Shown here: positions 34,601 through 44,451 of the stretch, piece after piece
How positions within the stretch are numbered: the stretch's first letter is position 1
How the letters are laid out: every line of letters begins with the position of its first letter
Notes under the pieces: model-generated
What the model was told of the DNA's origin: nothing
The model's database searches: none
The model's input: the letters and a program-made list of their open reading frames with translations, nothing else
Virus record (IMG/VR): IMGVR_UViG_3300035208_005614
Coordinates: 1-64,000 of that record
Reading direction: 5' to 3' (one strand)
Length of the DNA: 64,000 bases
From: a virus
Lineage: Duplodnaviria > Heunggongvirae > Uroviricota > Caudoviricetes
Made by a program: the position numbers and the translations under genes

Positions 34601-37600
34601 TTAGTCTTGCTGTCTGTTCAGGACCTAGGTACTGATCATATCTATGAAAAATAAGATTAGCTCTTTTAACAAAATCTACATCTTTAATATTTTTAGGCAT
34701 TCCAAGAACATCTACCATGTAGACTCTTGTAAATTTATCTTCTGGAGTAGTCAAAGTTTCGCCTTCGTTCTGATATTTTGTAGGATTTTGATCATACTTT
34801 TCAACCATCTTAGGTTCCATCTTGACAAAGACAGTATTTTCTATTCCTTTACCTGTAATTCCAATTGGAACAAAACTTTTATTTCTCATTTCATCTGTCA
34901 AAGTATTTAAAGCATTGCTACTTTTTTTAACGTAAGATTTGTCTCCTCCTGAATAATCGTTATCCTTTCCAACATGAACCACCTCCATTGAGTTCTCTGG
35001 AAGTCCATTAGCTTTATTAAAATCTTTTGTAAGTAAATCAATCTTTCCTACATTTTGTGTTCCACCTTCTTTAAGTTGCGCTTTACCGTCAGAAATAATA
35101 ATCTCATTTCTTGCTCCTGAACTTGCAAGTGTAGTATAAAGATTCTTAAGATCTCTCAAATCTCTCTTATCTGATATTTCAAAGGCATCATTTCCACTAG
35201 CTGTTTTAATTTTTTGTGTGAAATCGTTTAAGAAAGTTGGCCATCCATCAATAATCCCTTGTCTTGTTTCTCCGTTACCAGATACTGACTTAGCAACTTC
35301 AGTTAATTTAGCGCGTGTGAAATCACTTCTCTTTTTAGGATCTGAAATTTCTTTAAGAGCAACTTCGTTGATTCCTTCCTTTCCTCTTCCTGTTTGTTTA
35401 AATTGTCCAGGATCAGCTCTTTCAGGGGCTTTTTCTATAGTGTCTAGAGCGCTTTGTACGTTAGTTTCAGCAACGGGTAGTGTATTCGCTTCATTAAGTG
35501 TTTTAGACATCTCCTGTGCCGTTTTTGGGGCTTCTGTAGGCTTAATTATAGGCAATTCAGCATCAGAAAGTGACTTAAATGATGTATCTGTAGTTTTAGG
35601 CGCCACTTTAGCTTTTTTGATCATGTCAATAAGTCTCTGACTCATTCCTTGTTTCTTCAATTGTGCAATCTCTTCTGGGGTAACTTCTGGTGTAACATTA
35701 GAAACTGGTAACGGTCCTTTTTTACTTCTTTCCATATAAGAAATCTGATCAGAAGTAAAACCTTGTTTTTTTAATGACTGTACTTCCTCTTCAGTAAATT
35801 CTTTAAGTGGAGTAGAAACTTTTTCTTGAATATTACTTATAGCACTAGACACCTGTTTTTTAATAGGTTCAAATGATTTACCTTTAAATGCAATACTTTC
35901 TGCCCAATTCTCGGGTTTAATATTGACAGCCAAGAAATATTCTCCTGACTTATTGCTTTTAGTTAGTTTAGATTGGTTAGCAGTTAGAACAGATAAACCG
36001 TTGTCTCTCATTGCTTGAGCAATTTTTGAGTTATTTAAATTTGAATCAAATTTTTGAAGAGGATTTTCTGCCTTGATTCTAGTAAGAAGAGTTTTGTTAT
36101 CTATTTTTGATAAATTTTCTGCGAATAAAATATTTGCTTCTTCTTGAGTTAATGAAGGTTTAGATTGATCTTTAAGAAGATTATCATAAAATTCTTGAGG
36201 TGTTTTTGACGCCTTTCTTATTTGTCTGATTCTATTCATCATTGATCTGAAATTCTCGTTGAAGTTGAATTTTCTTGTATCAATTCTTTCTCCTGTAGAT
36301 GCGTAACCAACTTCTCTTATTTGTCTTCCATTAGGTGTTTCTGCAATATAAAAAGTTCTGATTGTATCCTCGGGTTTAGCAATAGGAGCAGGTCTACCTT
36401 GAGATAACTCAGCGAAGTTTATAACCCTTGACACTCTTTCATTTTTTGGATCTAATACAAAGTAAAGTTGGTCAGAGTGTTGTTCTCCTTTTACTCCTTT
36501 ATCATAAGCCCCTATATTAATACTATTTTTTGCACTTATTCCTTTTGCGTTTCCAGTTATTGGAATATCTCCTGTAGGTAAGTTACTTAAATCTGCAGTT
36601 ATTTCAGGAGCAGGTTGTATATCAAGAGGAACTGAATTTAATATATCTGAATAATCTCCAGCAGGTTCTGGTCTTAAATTATTTTTAGATGGAGAAATTT
36701 TACTCTTCATTTGAGTAACTAAAGATTGAAGATCTTGAATTTCTTTTTGTTCTCTTGCACTAGGTTTGATATTTGGATCTGTTGTGACTCCATATGTCTG
36801 TGTTCCAGGATCTAATGTTCTGTTATAAAGTTGGTTTCCTGCTGTGCCGAAACCTAGAAGTTCTGCGTCTATATCTTCTTGAGAAAAATCATTACCTGAA
36901 GCGCGAGCTTCTGATATAATTTTTCCATATCTATTTATTGCTACTCTAGTTATTAACTGTGTGACATCCTCCTGAGTTTGAATTGGCATTCTAGAAATAC
37001 TTGGATCGTTTGGATTTTCTTTAAGAAATTGCTGTCTAAAGTTTTCTGCCGTAGGTATATCATATTTAGTTTGAGCGATAGGAGTTTCTCCTTTCATAAC
37101 TGCAGGAACTAATTCAGGAACAACAGAATTCATTCTTGCTGATGCCATTTTGAATGCTTGATCTGAAGCGATTGTCTTTAATCCTTGATTTACACCAAGA
37201 GTTGCACCCCCTGCTTCGAATTTACCTGGAGCCCCCATCATGTGAAGAGCCGACATTAAAGCTCCTTGTTTAAGAGCTTCTTGTATTGAATTTTCTTTAT
37301 TACCACCAAGAATAAGAGAAAGAGTAGTTGCACTTAATCCAACTCCGAGATATCCCTTGATGCTTTGTCCATATCCTGCTGTAAGTCCTCCGAATGCAGC
37401 ATCTGAGAAGAATTGACTCATGTGAGCTCCCAAATCTGCTTCTTCTTGACCAGTTAATTGCCTTCCAGTTTGTCCTATTTGTCCCCACGTTCCTAGAAGA
37501 CCCGCACCTTTAAGCATTTCTGCTGCTTGTTTTTTCCAAGCGATATTTCCTACTGTTTCTGTCCCAGCGTCTATTATTGCTTTCTTTGTTACGAGACCTG

Positions 37601-38825
37601 CAGTATCCATAGCTCCTTCAGCCATAGTAACGGCTTTTGCTGCATTAACAGCTCCTCCGAAAATTCCATCATATTCAAGAATTGGAACGGCCGCTGCTTT
37701 TGCTGCGCCTCCCATAAGACCAAGAGCTCCGAGTCCTTTCCCAACTAAACCTATACCTGTCATCATACCGACGATATTACCAGCTAAGTTAGTTACTTTT
37801 CCGAGGGTTCCAGATGATTCACTTGCTCCTGTTCCAGGGGCAATTCCTGCAGTAGCTCCTCCGACTAATCCTTTTGCAAACTCTCTAATTGGATCTGGCA
37901 ACCATCCTTCTCCGAATTGATCCATATTTTCTTTGAATGATTCTCCGAAATATTTCAATGCTCTTTTATCAAAAATTCCTACAGGTTTGCTAATTGCATC
38001 CTTCCATTGTTGTGCATATTTTTCTGCGACTTTAGTATCTAAATAACCTTTGTCATTAACTAGATTAATATCTGGAGCATCATCAACGTTTGTTTTCCAG
38101 TTTAAAGCCATCGCTTTTGCTTCGCTCTGAGTTATTTTTCCATTAGCAAGCAATGTTAAAGGAACTGCTTGTATAGCAGTTTTTTTGTCGTGAGATACAT
38201 TATCAAAAACTTCAAGATTTTTTAGTGTGTCTGCTCCACCTGCCCATAAAGGGACGATGTGGTCTACTTGGAATAAAGCAGGAGACAAATTACCGAGAAC
38301 TTGCTGTTTAACTCCTGGATTTATTTTATTATCCATGATTACACGATCAGATTTAATTAGTTTTCCAGGTTGAGTTGGATCAACAACATATTGTCCTCCC
38401 CCCATTGAGAGAGGAAGATTTCTAGCGACAACGGCAGATGATGGTGTAACCCAATTACCATTTGCATCTGGAGCAGTAAATTGACTATATCCTTCAGGTA
38501 AAGATTCTGTTGGAGTAAAAGTTGATGGAGCTACATAACCTGGAGCATAAGGAACAACTGGTGTCGGTTCTTTAAAAGCTTCTGTTATAGGAACTCCTAT
38601 AGGAAAATTATAATCAGTTGGAGCTTTTGTTGTTTTCGTTTTTCCTGTACCAAAAATAGCACCATAATCTGATACATTAAAGTGTGAATCTAGAGATCCT
38701 TTTACCACACTTGACGAAGTCTTCTGTGCGTTTTGTTGTAATTGTTTAGTTAAACCAGAAAGATTCGCAATTGATGGTTGCGAGCTAGGAGTACCATATT
38801 GCGTATTTTCAGGTAAATTAGCCAT
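31653..38825 (-). CDS. Giant tape-measure-like virion protein (2390 aa) with an N-terminal HNH-like motif and a C-terminal SleB-type cell-wall hydrolase domain
   Basis: Gly/Ala-rich hydrophobic tracts (GIGLVGKGLGALGLMGGAAKAAA...) as in tape-measure proteins. DHIVPLWAGGADTLKNLEV...H fits an HNH nuclease motif near residues 185-225. The C-terminus NRAVNDPDRYQGSLTKVLQAPYQYQAY...FYVHA resembles the Hydrolase_2 (SleB/CwlJ) domain. Confidence 0.65.
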   Translation of the reverse strand: MANLPENTQYGTPSSQPSIANLSGLTKQLQQNAQKTSSSVVKGSLDSHFNVSDYGAIFGTGKTKTTKAPTDYNFPIGVPITEAFKEPTPVVPYAPGYVAPSTFTPTESLPEGYSQFTAPDANGNWVTPSSAVVARNLPLSMGGGQYVVDPTQPGKLIKSDRVIMDNKINPGVKQQVLGNLSPALFQVDHIVPLWAGGADTLKNLEVFDNVSHDKKTAIQAVPLTLLANGKITQSEAKAMALNWKTNVDDAPDINLVNDKGYLDTKVAEKYAQQWKDAISKPVGIFDKRALKYFGESFKENMDQFGEGWLPDPIREFAKGLVGGATAGIAPGTGASESSGTLGKVTNLAGNIVGMMTGIGLVGKGLGALGLMGGAAKAAAVPILEYDGIFGGAVNAAKAVTMAEGAMDTAGLVTKKAIIDAGTETVGNIAWKKQAAEMLKGAGLLGTWGQIGQTGRQLTGQEEADLGAHMSQFFSDAAFGGLTAGYGQSIKGYLGVGLSATTLSLILGGNKENSIQEALKQGALMSALHMMGAPGKFEAGGATLGVNQGLKTIASDQAFKMASARMNSVVPELVPAVMKGETPIAQTKYDIPTAENFRQQFLKENPNDPSISRMPIQTQEDVTQLITRVAINRYGKIISEARASGNDFSQEDIDAELLGFGTAGNQLYNRTLDPGTQTYGVTTDPNIKPSAREQKEIQDLQSLVTQMKSKISPSKNNLRPEPAGDYSDILNSVPLDIQPAPEITADLSNLPTGDIPITGNAKGISAKNSINIGAYDKGVKGEQHSDQLYFVLDPKNERVSRVINFAELSQGRPAPIAKPEDTIRTFYIAETPNGRQIREVGYASTGERIDTRKFNFNENFRSMMNRIRQIRKASKTPQEFYDNLLKDQSKPSLTQEEANILFAENLSKIDNKTLLTRIKAENPLQKFDSNLNNSKIAQAMRDNGLSVLTANQSKLTKSNKSGEYFLAVNIKPENWAESIAFKGKSFEPIKKQVSSAISNIQEKVSTPLKEFTEEEVQSLKKQGFTSDQISYMERSKKGPLPVSNVTPEVTPEEIAQLKKQGMSQRLIDMIKKAKVAPKTTDTSFKSLSDAELPIIKPTEAPKTAQEMSKTLNEANTLPVAETNVQSALDTIEKAPERADPGQFKQTGRGKEGINEVALKEISDPKKRSDFTRAKLTEVAKSVSGNGETRQGIIDGWPTFLNDFTQKIKTASGNDAFEISDKRDLRDLKNLYTTLASSGARNEIIISDGKAQLKEGGTQNVGKIDLLTKDFNKANGLPENSMEVVHVGKDNDYSGGDKSYVKKSSNALNTLTDEMRNKSFVPIGITGKGIENTVFVKMEPKMVEKYDQNPTKYQNEGETLTTPEDKFTRVYMVDVLGMPKNIKDVDFVKRANLIFHRYDQYLGPEQTARLRTLKAETIGDTPEFKIDTSKFENPEGVEAKASVESFHGGKTQDGPFILGEDAFDKLIEGLGYDKNRHKGSVKIILDTTLNGEKSYHKGQAIKADEAIRNSYKETHGIEIGKNDVISFDSNAKIGPKLGDFNLPLSDIYGKDRSTTGSVSKISPSGERKFLSTDVGVSENKLIKVNQDVKDLQTLIDDIAKTKSNAELKEVFDKAVEKYPQLEKENLFQGAKQLSFGELSAAKNNLHFEINKILKNLVMENAINPTYKNSTMVTMVAPIKADYDGTGKTRYVNNHEIILGSEQIKSLGVKEGDYVVVSRDPSYDINNLAVLRVVDGTKSGNTSLAEENGIVSPFNERIILQGDQDADTMHVTKIGEGGMSQAEVDAIVKRGSLATPFTEVKSSTPELATNKTIKKVIKNQLVGDDQTSMISMASRIMDEVKDNNITIKVYGESDPKKYSQYEILSNGNVVEKGTTYNSKEDFTATPKWGTKERQLISQAQREAVDSKKSDDILKRTNDDPNWATKELWSVNSGETLNPISLTGALKNIQKPYGIKALGETANTVNDIFLGKVDAKTNQRIKQTGLAPTIEYYNNLKKAGTVLTPLQEKTLAASKLKSYDVTGEQKVIIHKEGAKAVSQAFKDKYNPNNSKLKDIISIAKKAKLEYQTNPGKEGKTIREKAKQRVENYFLKNLEEGNYTEADLDNISYWAATDKLANISWAEIYNKPKFIYLYRELIDASPKVANTYYQGSESFDPFSQVITPSAQNVVETVKEGKGGPDGQGGLMDDIGTGISNAWGNVKEKLLPGLTTTFRAKEEPTYDVRGIKVKDSDIDEAAAILYGEVSNRPDKQAFETKHIINTAINRAVNDPDRYQGSLTKVLQAPYQYQAYAPQGATSSNGKVKQSEYQKLKAGLINTTDNKKLQAIKDALNEMKSGKFNDTTGGKTFYVHASDGSLWLGSTQDEAKKAANAHEKQIKGVKTKWGTVRGLPILANE

Positions 38826-38835
38826 TATTTTTTAA

Positions 38836-40863
38836 TTAAGATGTAGGAGCATTAGAGATAGTAGAAGCTATAGCGTCTGCATTTTCTTGATCGGTTCCTT
38901 TAAATAATTGAGAATATATTGCGTTAGCTGGTTGTCCAAGTGAAGCATAACTTTTTGCTGTAAGATTGATAGAATTATAAAGATCATTTAAGAAGTCGGT
39001 TCCTAAAGCACTATATTGTTTCATCCACTTTTCTTTAGTAGATGTATCTGTAAGAGCTGAAGCTGATTTACCTATACCTAAGAAACCTCCGTGTGGATTT
39101 ACCAGATCATTTACAGCATTTTTAACAGTACTTATTTTACCGAGAACGAAACCTGAAAGAGAATTACTTATACTTCCAAATAATTGGTTTTGAAGAGTTG
39201 TTCCCCATGTTTCACTTTCTGTATAACCAGAGTTTGTCAAATCGTCAATCAGGCCTTTAACTTGTTTAACTACTTTTGGATCGTTACCACTATTCTTAAG
39301 AGTATTTACTAGACCTCTTCTGATTGTTTCTGTCAAGGCTCTCATATCTCCTTGTTCAATAGCAACCTGTGCATATAAACCAGCTAGACCTTCTGTTCCA
39401 ACCCTTGTCATATCAAGAGATCCTCCATCTGTAGCTGTTGCTGATTCTGGTTGTAACCACTGTTTAGAATATGTATCTATATCTTTAAGATAATCTGCAT
39501 TACTTGTTATTTGGCCATCAGAAACTCCAAGAACAGATGAACTGTTTCCATAAAGTTGTTGTTTAAGTAAGGCAAGATTGTATGCTTTTGTAGGAGCATT
39601 TTCTAGTTCTGTATAAGCACTACTCATCCTAGTCAAGAGATTATTATATTCGTTCTGTGCCATTGTTCCTTGTCTCGTTAATGCATCACTATAATCTTTA
39701 TAGATATTATCGTAATTAGATTGTGCTCTTGTAACATCAGCATTGTAATCAGCTACAGCAGAATTTAAGAAATTACCATAACGGGTATTTTGTCTTCCTT
39801 TAAGTGTGTAAAGATAATTTAATTGTCTGTTATACGCATTCAAATCAGCAGGATCACTTAAGTCTTTTGTTGTAGCTTGATTTTCTGTTTGTTCAATCAT
39901 GCTATCAATAAATTTAAGATATTGATCTTTTCCTCTGATATAGTTTTGTAAAGTTGGAACTAAGTTTGTACCTTCTGCTTTCAAATCACTAAGTGATTGT
40001 TCCAAAGGTTCTAGATTAAAATCTTTTTTAAGTTTAGCATCTAAGTTAGTTATATACTGGTCTAAACCTCCTCCGAATTTCGCGTCTGCATAATCCATAG
40101 CAAAGGCTGTTGCTCCTTCTCCTGAAGCGACTGCTTTTGCGACATCTGCATTTCCTCCTGTTGGAGGCGTGTATGTTGTATCAACTGGAGTACTTGATGA
40201 TGAAGAAGATTCACCGCTTACACCGCTAACTGCTGGTGCATTGCTTGTATCTGTTTTTGTTCCTCCAGAATTTAATGCATTTTTTACTGATTCAGGTAAG
40301 TTATTAATATCTAATCCCGTTTTAGTATCAGTTGCAACTACAGGTGCTTTTATATTTGTTTGAGGTGTAGTATCAGACATAGATGTTGTATCTATTTTTG
40401 TCGGTGTATTAACCCCAAAAGATGACAAAGGTTTCGGTGTATAAGGTGTTGATATCTGTCCTAATGAAGCATAACTTTTTGCTGGAGTTTCTACTGTAGA
40501 AGGTTTCCAAGAACTACTTACTGAAGCCAAATCTTTTTGCCAATCTGGAGTTGTTGTACTAGGAGCGGGCGTTGCACTAGATGAAGTTGTTTTAAAATTA
40601 GGAAGAGCTGGGAAAACCATTAAATTACTGAAATCGGGAGCTGTATAAGGAGTAGAAGCAAGAGTAGACTGAACTCCTCCTTTGCCGTCTTGAGTATTGA
40701 CACCACCCACTTTTTTCATTATAGAAAGAATTGACTTTGCTTGTTCTCTTTTTGTACTACCTATAGGAGAAGACATCGCTTCTTTGAAAGTTCTTGAAAG
40801 TTTTGGATTCGACATGATCGAATGAAATAACTCGTTCTTCTTTTTTATGTTGTCGTTTTGCAT
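38836..40863 (-). CDS. Ser/Thr-rich structural protein
   Basis: 675-aa ORF in the tail cluster with long S/T/P-rich low-complexity segments. Confidence 0.5.
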   Translation of the reverse strand: MQNDNIKKKNELFHSIMSNPKLSRTFKEAMSSPIGSTKREQAKSILSIMKKVGGVNTQDGKGGVQSTLASTPYTAPDFSNLMVFPALPNFKTTSSSATPAPSTTTPDWQKDLASVSSSWKPSTVETPAKSYASLGQISTPYTPKPLSSFGVNTPTKIDTTSMSDTTPQTNIKAPVVATDTKTGLDINNLPESVKNALNSGGTKTDTSNAPAVSGVSGESSSSSSTPVDTTYTPPTGGNADVAKAVASGEGATAFAMDYADAKFGGGLDQYITNLDAKLKKDFNLEPLEQSLSDLKAEGTNLVPTLQNYIRGKDQYLKFIDSMIEQTENQATTKDLSDPADLNAYNRQLNYLYTLKGRQNTRYGNFLNSAVADYNADVTRAQSNYDNIYKDYSDALTRQGTMAQNEYNNLLTRMSSAYTELENAPTKAYNLALLKQQLYGNSSSVLGVSDGQITSNADYLKDIDTYSKQWLQPESATATDGGSLDMTRVGTEGLAGLYAQVAIEQGDMRALTETIRRGLVNTLKNSGNDPKVVKQVKGLIDDLTNSGYTESETWGTTLQNQLFGSISNSLSGFVLGKISTVKNAVNDLVNPHGGFLGIGKSASALTDTSTKEKWMKQYSALGTDFLNDLYNSINLTAKSYASLGQPANAIYSQLFKGTDQENADAIASTISNAPTS

Positions 40864-40864
40864 A

Positions 40865-41278
40865 TTAAAATTTTTTTATATAAGACATCGGGTTCTTCCA
40901 TTTACCAAATGCGCTTGCTATTCGTATATCTAAGTGTGTTGGATCTCCTCCAGATGGACTATATGAGTTTCCAGTAGCGCCCATCTTAGCAATTGGTTGT
41001 CCTTTTTTTACCACCTGTCCTGGCTTTACATTTGCTCCTTGTAAGTGTCCGTATTGATGCACATTTCCTCCTGTATCTTTAAGTGTAACAACATTACCCA
41101 TTCCGTTTGTCGTTGGCCCTACAGACGTAACTTGTCCATCAGCAAAAGCAGGAACTGGTGTTCCAGGGGTATTTGCGATATCTACACCAGGGTGCACAGC
41201 TTCACCTCTTGTCTTTCCCATAAAAGGTGTTGTAATTTTTCCTGGTATTTTAAGTTTTGTTGTTTTTTGTTGATTCAT
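40865..41278 (-). CDS. M23-family peptidase (LytM-like)
   Basis: HPGVDI (HxxxD) and PTHLDIRIA (HxH-like) motifs. 137 aa. Confidence 0.7.
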   Translation of the reverse strand: MNQQKTTKLKIPGKITTPFMGKTRGEAVHPGVDIANTPGTPVPAFADGQVTSVGPTTNGMGNVVTLKDTGGNVHQYGHLQGANVKPGQVVKKGQPIAKMGATGNSYSPSGGDPTHLDIRIASAFGKWKNPMSYIKKF

Positions 41279-41282
41279 ATTT

Positions 41283-43148
41283 TTAATAACCTCTTAATTT
41301 GGTTAGAAGTTGAGTATTTTGTGTTGCCGATCCTGTATATCCAGTGATGCCGTTTTTCGCTGCTAATGCTGCTCTTGAAGAATATGAAGAATCTCCTCCC
41401 GTACTTGTGAGATAATCAACAATAGAAGATCCTTGATATCCTGTTTTTGCTGGAGTTGATGTTTTAACAGGAGTATAAGGGCTTGAAATTACTCCTAATG
41501 GAGATGAATTTGCTGGAGTTTGTGTTGTTTTTGGAATAGTAGATTTGGTTGTATCGGACATTGAAGTATCTACTGTAGTTATAGGATTATATGAATTTAA
41601 CAAAGACGGAGTTGTTGAAGGTAGAGGAATTGAAGGAGTTGTTGTTTTGGCTGGAGTTTGAATCGTAGAAGGAGTAGAGGTAGGCATTGGAGTTGATATT
41701 TGACCTAAAGGAGAAGAATTCGCTGGAGTAGGGGTTGAAGATCCAGAATTTAATTTATTTGAAATTGCGGCGGCGGCTGTAGAAGCTGCTTTTGTTGGAG
41801 AAGAAACTCCCATAACAGATCCTGAACTTGTAGAAACATTTGTATTTGTAGAAGCAGGAGTTGTTGTGTCTGGAGTACTTGTTTTTGTTAATCCAGTGTC
41901 TGTTGGACTTGAACCTGTATCTGTAGGTTTGTCAAGAACATTATTTGGATCTCCATAAGCTCTTTGTTCATCTGTTAAAGCTTTTTGTGTAACTAGAGTT
42001 TCAGCTGCATCTTTTGCTGACTTAGCGTTTGCTGCTATACCTGTATAATATTTAGTATAAATAGCACTTCTAAGATTACCGTTTTCATCAAGAATAGAAT
42101 CATGATATGCCTGGATTTGTGCGTCTGTCATATCAGGATATTTAGCTTTAAGATTAGCAACACTATAAGTATCGGCTACATCAGCAGATGGTTTAAGTAA
42201 GATAGATCTAAATTTAGATGGATCTACTCCAGCCGCAGTATCCTCTGCATCCATTTTAGCAATTGCTGTTTTTATGTCAGAAGGTGAGCCTGAAGCCAAA
42301 AGAACTTGTATTTCTTTATTATTAGCGTCAGTAACTCTTTGTTCTCTTGCTCTTTGATCATTAAGTCTTAATGTTTTTAGATAATTATCTATAGCTTCGT
42401 TCTGTAAACCACTTCCTGCTAATCCTTGAGTTTTATAAGAATCTTCTAATGTATTGATTTGTTTCCAAGCAGTTGCGGCATCATCACTTAATTTAATACC
42501 GAAGTTAACTTCAACTTGTTTTTTCCATTCATTATAATTGTAATCTGCAGAAGCTTTTTCTTGTTCACTTGTAGCTTCTAATTGAGAATTTGCTAAGTCA
42601 TAAAAAGAAGATTTTATATTTGCTACCGCATCTTTAAAAGTTTGTGATGAAGGATCTAATATAGGAACTAACATTTTAAAAGTATCTTCGTCCATATCTG
42701 CTCCGTATTTAAGAATCGCTGGATCCATTATTCCCGCAAGATTAAAAGTTGGAATAACTGTAGAAGCAGTTAATTTTGCCTGTTGTCCTTCAGCCGTTGC
42801 TGCATATTGGGTTCTTTCAAGGTCAGGATCTATTATTTTAAGACTCTTTGCAGAGGTGTTGCCTTGGGATTCCAATTCTCTTCTTTTCATATCATTCAAA
42901 ACATCCCCAATCGTATATCCTCCATAAGTTAAGGCATTAACATAAAAAGCGACTACATCTGGTTTAGATGCAATTAAGTTATTTAAAAAGCTTGAATTTA
43001 TAAGATTTGAACTTGTAGCAGAAGAAACAATAGATTTTTCTATTGCTGTGCTTCTGTCTTCTAGTGACTTATTTTGGTTATAACCATAGTAAGGAGTAGA
43101 AGAAGTTGGTGCTGATTCAAGACCTGTATTAAATAAATTTTCTGCCAT
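41283..43148 (-). CDS. Ser/Thr/Pro-rich structural protein
   Basis: 621-aa ORF with a C-terminal S/T/P low-complexity half. Confidence 0.5.
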   Translation of the reverse strand: MAENLFNTGLESAPTSSTPYYGYNQNKSLEDRSTAIEKSIVSSATSSNLINSSFLNNLIASKPDVVAFYVNALTYGGYTIGDVLNDMKRRELESQGNTSAKSLKIIDPDLERTQYAATAEGQQAKLTASTVIPTFNLAGIMDPAILKYGADMDEDTFKMLVPILDPSSQTFKDAVANIKSSFYDLANSQLEATSEQEKASADYNYNEWKKQVEVNFGIKLSDDAATAWKQINTLEDSYKTQGLAGSGLQNEAIDNYLKTLRLNDQRAREQRVTDANNKEIQVLLASGSPSDIKTAIAKMDAEDTAAGVDPSKFRSILLKPSADVADTYSVANLKAKYPDMTDAQIQAYHDSILDENGNLRSAIYTKYYTGIAANAKSAKDAAETLVTQKALTDEQRAYGDPNNVLDKPTDTGSSPTDTGLTKTSTPDTTTPASTNTNVSTSSGSVMGVSSPTKAASTAAAAISNKLNSGSSTPTPANSSPLGQISTPMPTSTPSTIQTPAKTTTPSIPLPSTTPSLLNSYNPITTVDTSMSDTTKSTIPKTTQTPANSSPLGVISSPYTPVKTSTPAKTGYQGSSIVDYLTSTGGDSSYSSRAALAAKNGITGYTGSATQNTQLLTKLRGY

Positions 43149-43149
43149 G

Positions 43150-44187
43150 TTATTGTTGTTGATTACCTATTTTACCGAACAAACCATCTAGCATTGAAAG
43201 CGATCTATTCTCTGCGTTAGGATCTGAAGGTTTTCCATATCTATTTTGTAATTGGCCTGGACTAAATTCTATATTATCCATTGATCCATCGTGTTTCATC
43301 CCCTTATCTTTTTCAAGTAAAGTGAATCCCGCAAGCGGACCTCCTGGTGCTAGAGCCTTAGAAGAAACTGTGACTATTGCTCTTTTAGCTGCTTCTGGAT
43401 CATCAAATGCAGCATCTAATGCTTTTTCGTTTAATATAGGACGTAATACTTTCTTCTTTTTGTCAACTAACCATAATGTTCCTTTATTCGGATCATTCTG
43501 TGACATTATTTTTACAAGAGCATGATCTCCCACAAAGAAAGAATTTACTTCTGGAGCGCCTTGTGACATATCACCTTGCATTCCCATAGGACTAGGTCCA
43601 CCTGTTCCCATCATAGGAGCACCAGACATAGGCATAGCAGGCATAGCAGAAGCTTTAGGAGTCTCTGGTATAGAGTTAACAGCGTTCTTTGTTTGTTTCT
43701 TCATCATGTCATTTGCAGCTTTTCTTTGCATCTCAAGAACGGATCTTATTCTTTTAGGATCATTTGGCATATTACTTCTAACCCATTCTGGATCAGGAGC
43801 AGGAAGTCCGTATTCATCATAAAGAGAAATGATATCTTGATCACTTAATCTAGGCATTGTAGCCTTATCCACCATCTGTCTATGTTTGATATTTTCTATA
43901 GCTTTATTTCCTTCGTCCTGAGTTTTTTTATCATCGTCTTCTTTTCTGTTTATTTCTAAACGTTTCTTGTGGAGTTCCTCCATAAGTTTAGGGAGTTCTG
44001 ATTGTCCTTTAACTGTCCAATATCCTGTATCATTTTGATTTCTCTCATTCGGTGTAAATCCAAACGATTGAAAAGCCTCAATCACTTGTTCTTTTGTGAT
44101 TTTCGGTTCTTCCTGAACACTCTTTTGCACGTTTTTTGCTACACTAGAGTATTGATTTGTTTTACCTAAAGAGGACTTTTGTGACAT
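43150..44187 (-). CDS. Hypothetical protein
   Basis: 345-aa ORF with an M/P/G-rich segment. Confidence 0.5.
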   Translation of the reverse strand: MSQKSSLGKTNQYSSVAKNVQKSVQEEPKITKEQVIEAFQSFGFTPNERNQNDTGYWTVKGQSELPKLMEELHKKRLEINRKEDDDKKTQDEGNKAIENIKHRQMVDKATMPRLSDQDIISLYDEYGLPAPDPEWVRSNMPNDPKRIRSVLEMQRKAANDMMKKQTKNAVNSIPETPKASAMPAMPMSGAPMMGTGGPSPMGMQGDMSQGAPEVNSFFVGDHALVKIMSQNDPNKGTLWLVDKKKKVLRPILNEKALDAAFDDPEAAKRAIVTVSSKALAPGGPLAGFTLLEKDKGMKHDGSMDNIEFSPGQLQNRYGKPSDPNAENRSLSMLDGLFGKIGNQQQ

Positions 44188-44390
44188 TATTTTTGTTGTT
44201 TATTAAGAAATTCCATTAGTCTTTGTAAGATACCAGAGAGTTCTATTACACCACTGACTTCTGCCTTGACTAAATTTACTGTATTACCATCAGTTTCAAT
44301 GATAATTTGACGCATTTTAGGAGTTTCTTTAACCTCCTTTCCTGCTTCCTTGACTTCTTCTGCATTTCCTTTTTTCTCTTCTTTTTCCAT
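44187..44390 (-). CDS. Small protein, paralog A of a tandem pair
   Basis: MEKEEKK...RQIIIETDGNTVNLVKAEVSGVIELSGILQ is alignable with the 44452-44694 product. Confidence 0.45.
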   Translation of the reverse strand: MEKEEKKGNAEEVKEAGKEVKETPKMRQIIIETDGNTVNLVKAEVSGVIELSGILQRLMEFLNKQQK

Positions 44391-44451
44391 ATTTTTATAA
44401 TTAATATTAATAATGTTCTTATTTTACCACAGTCCAATAGAAAACCCAATA

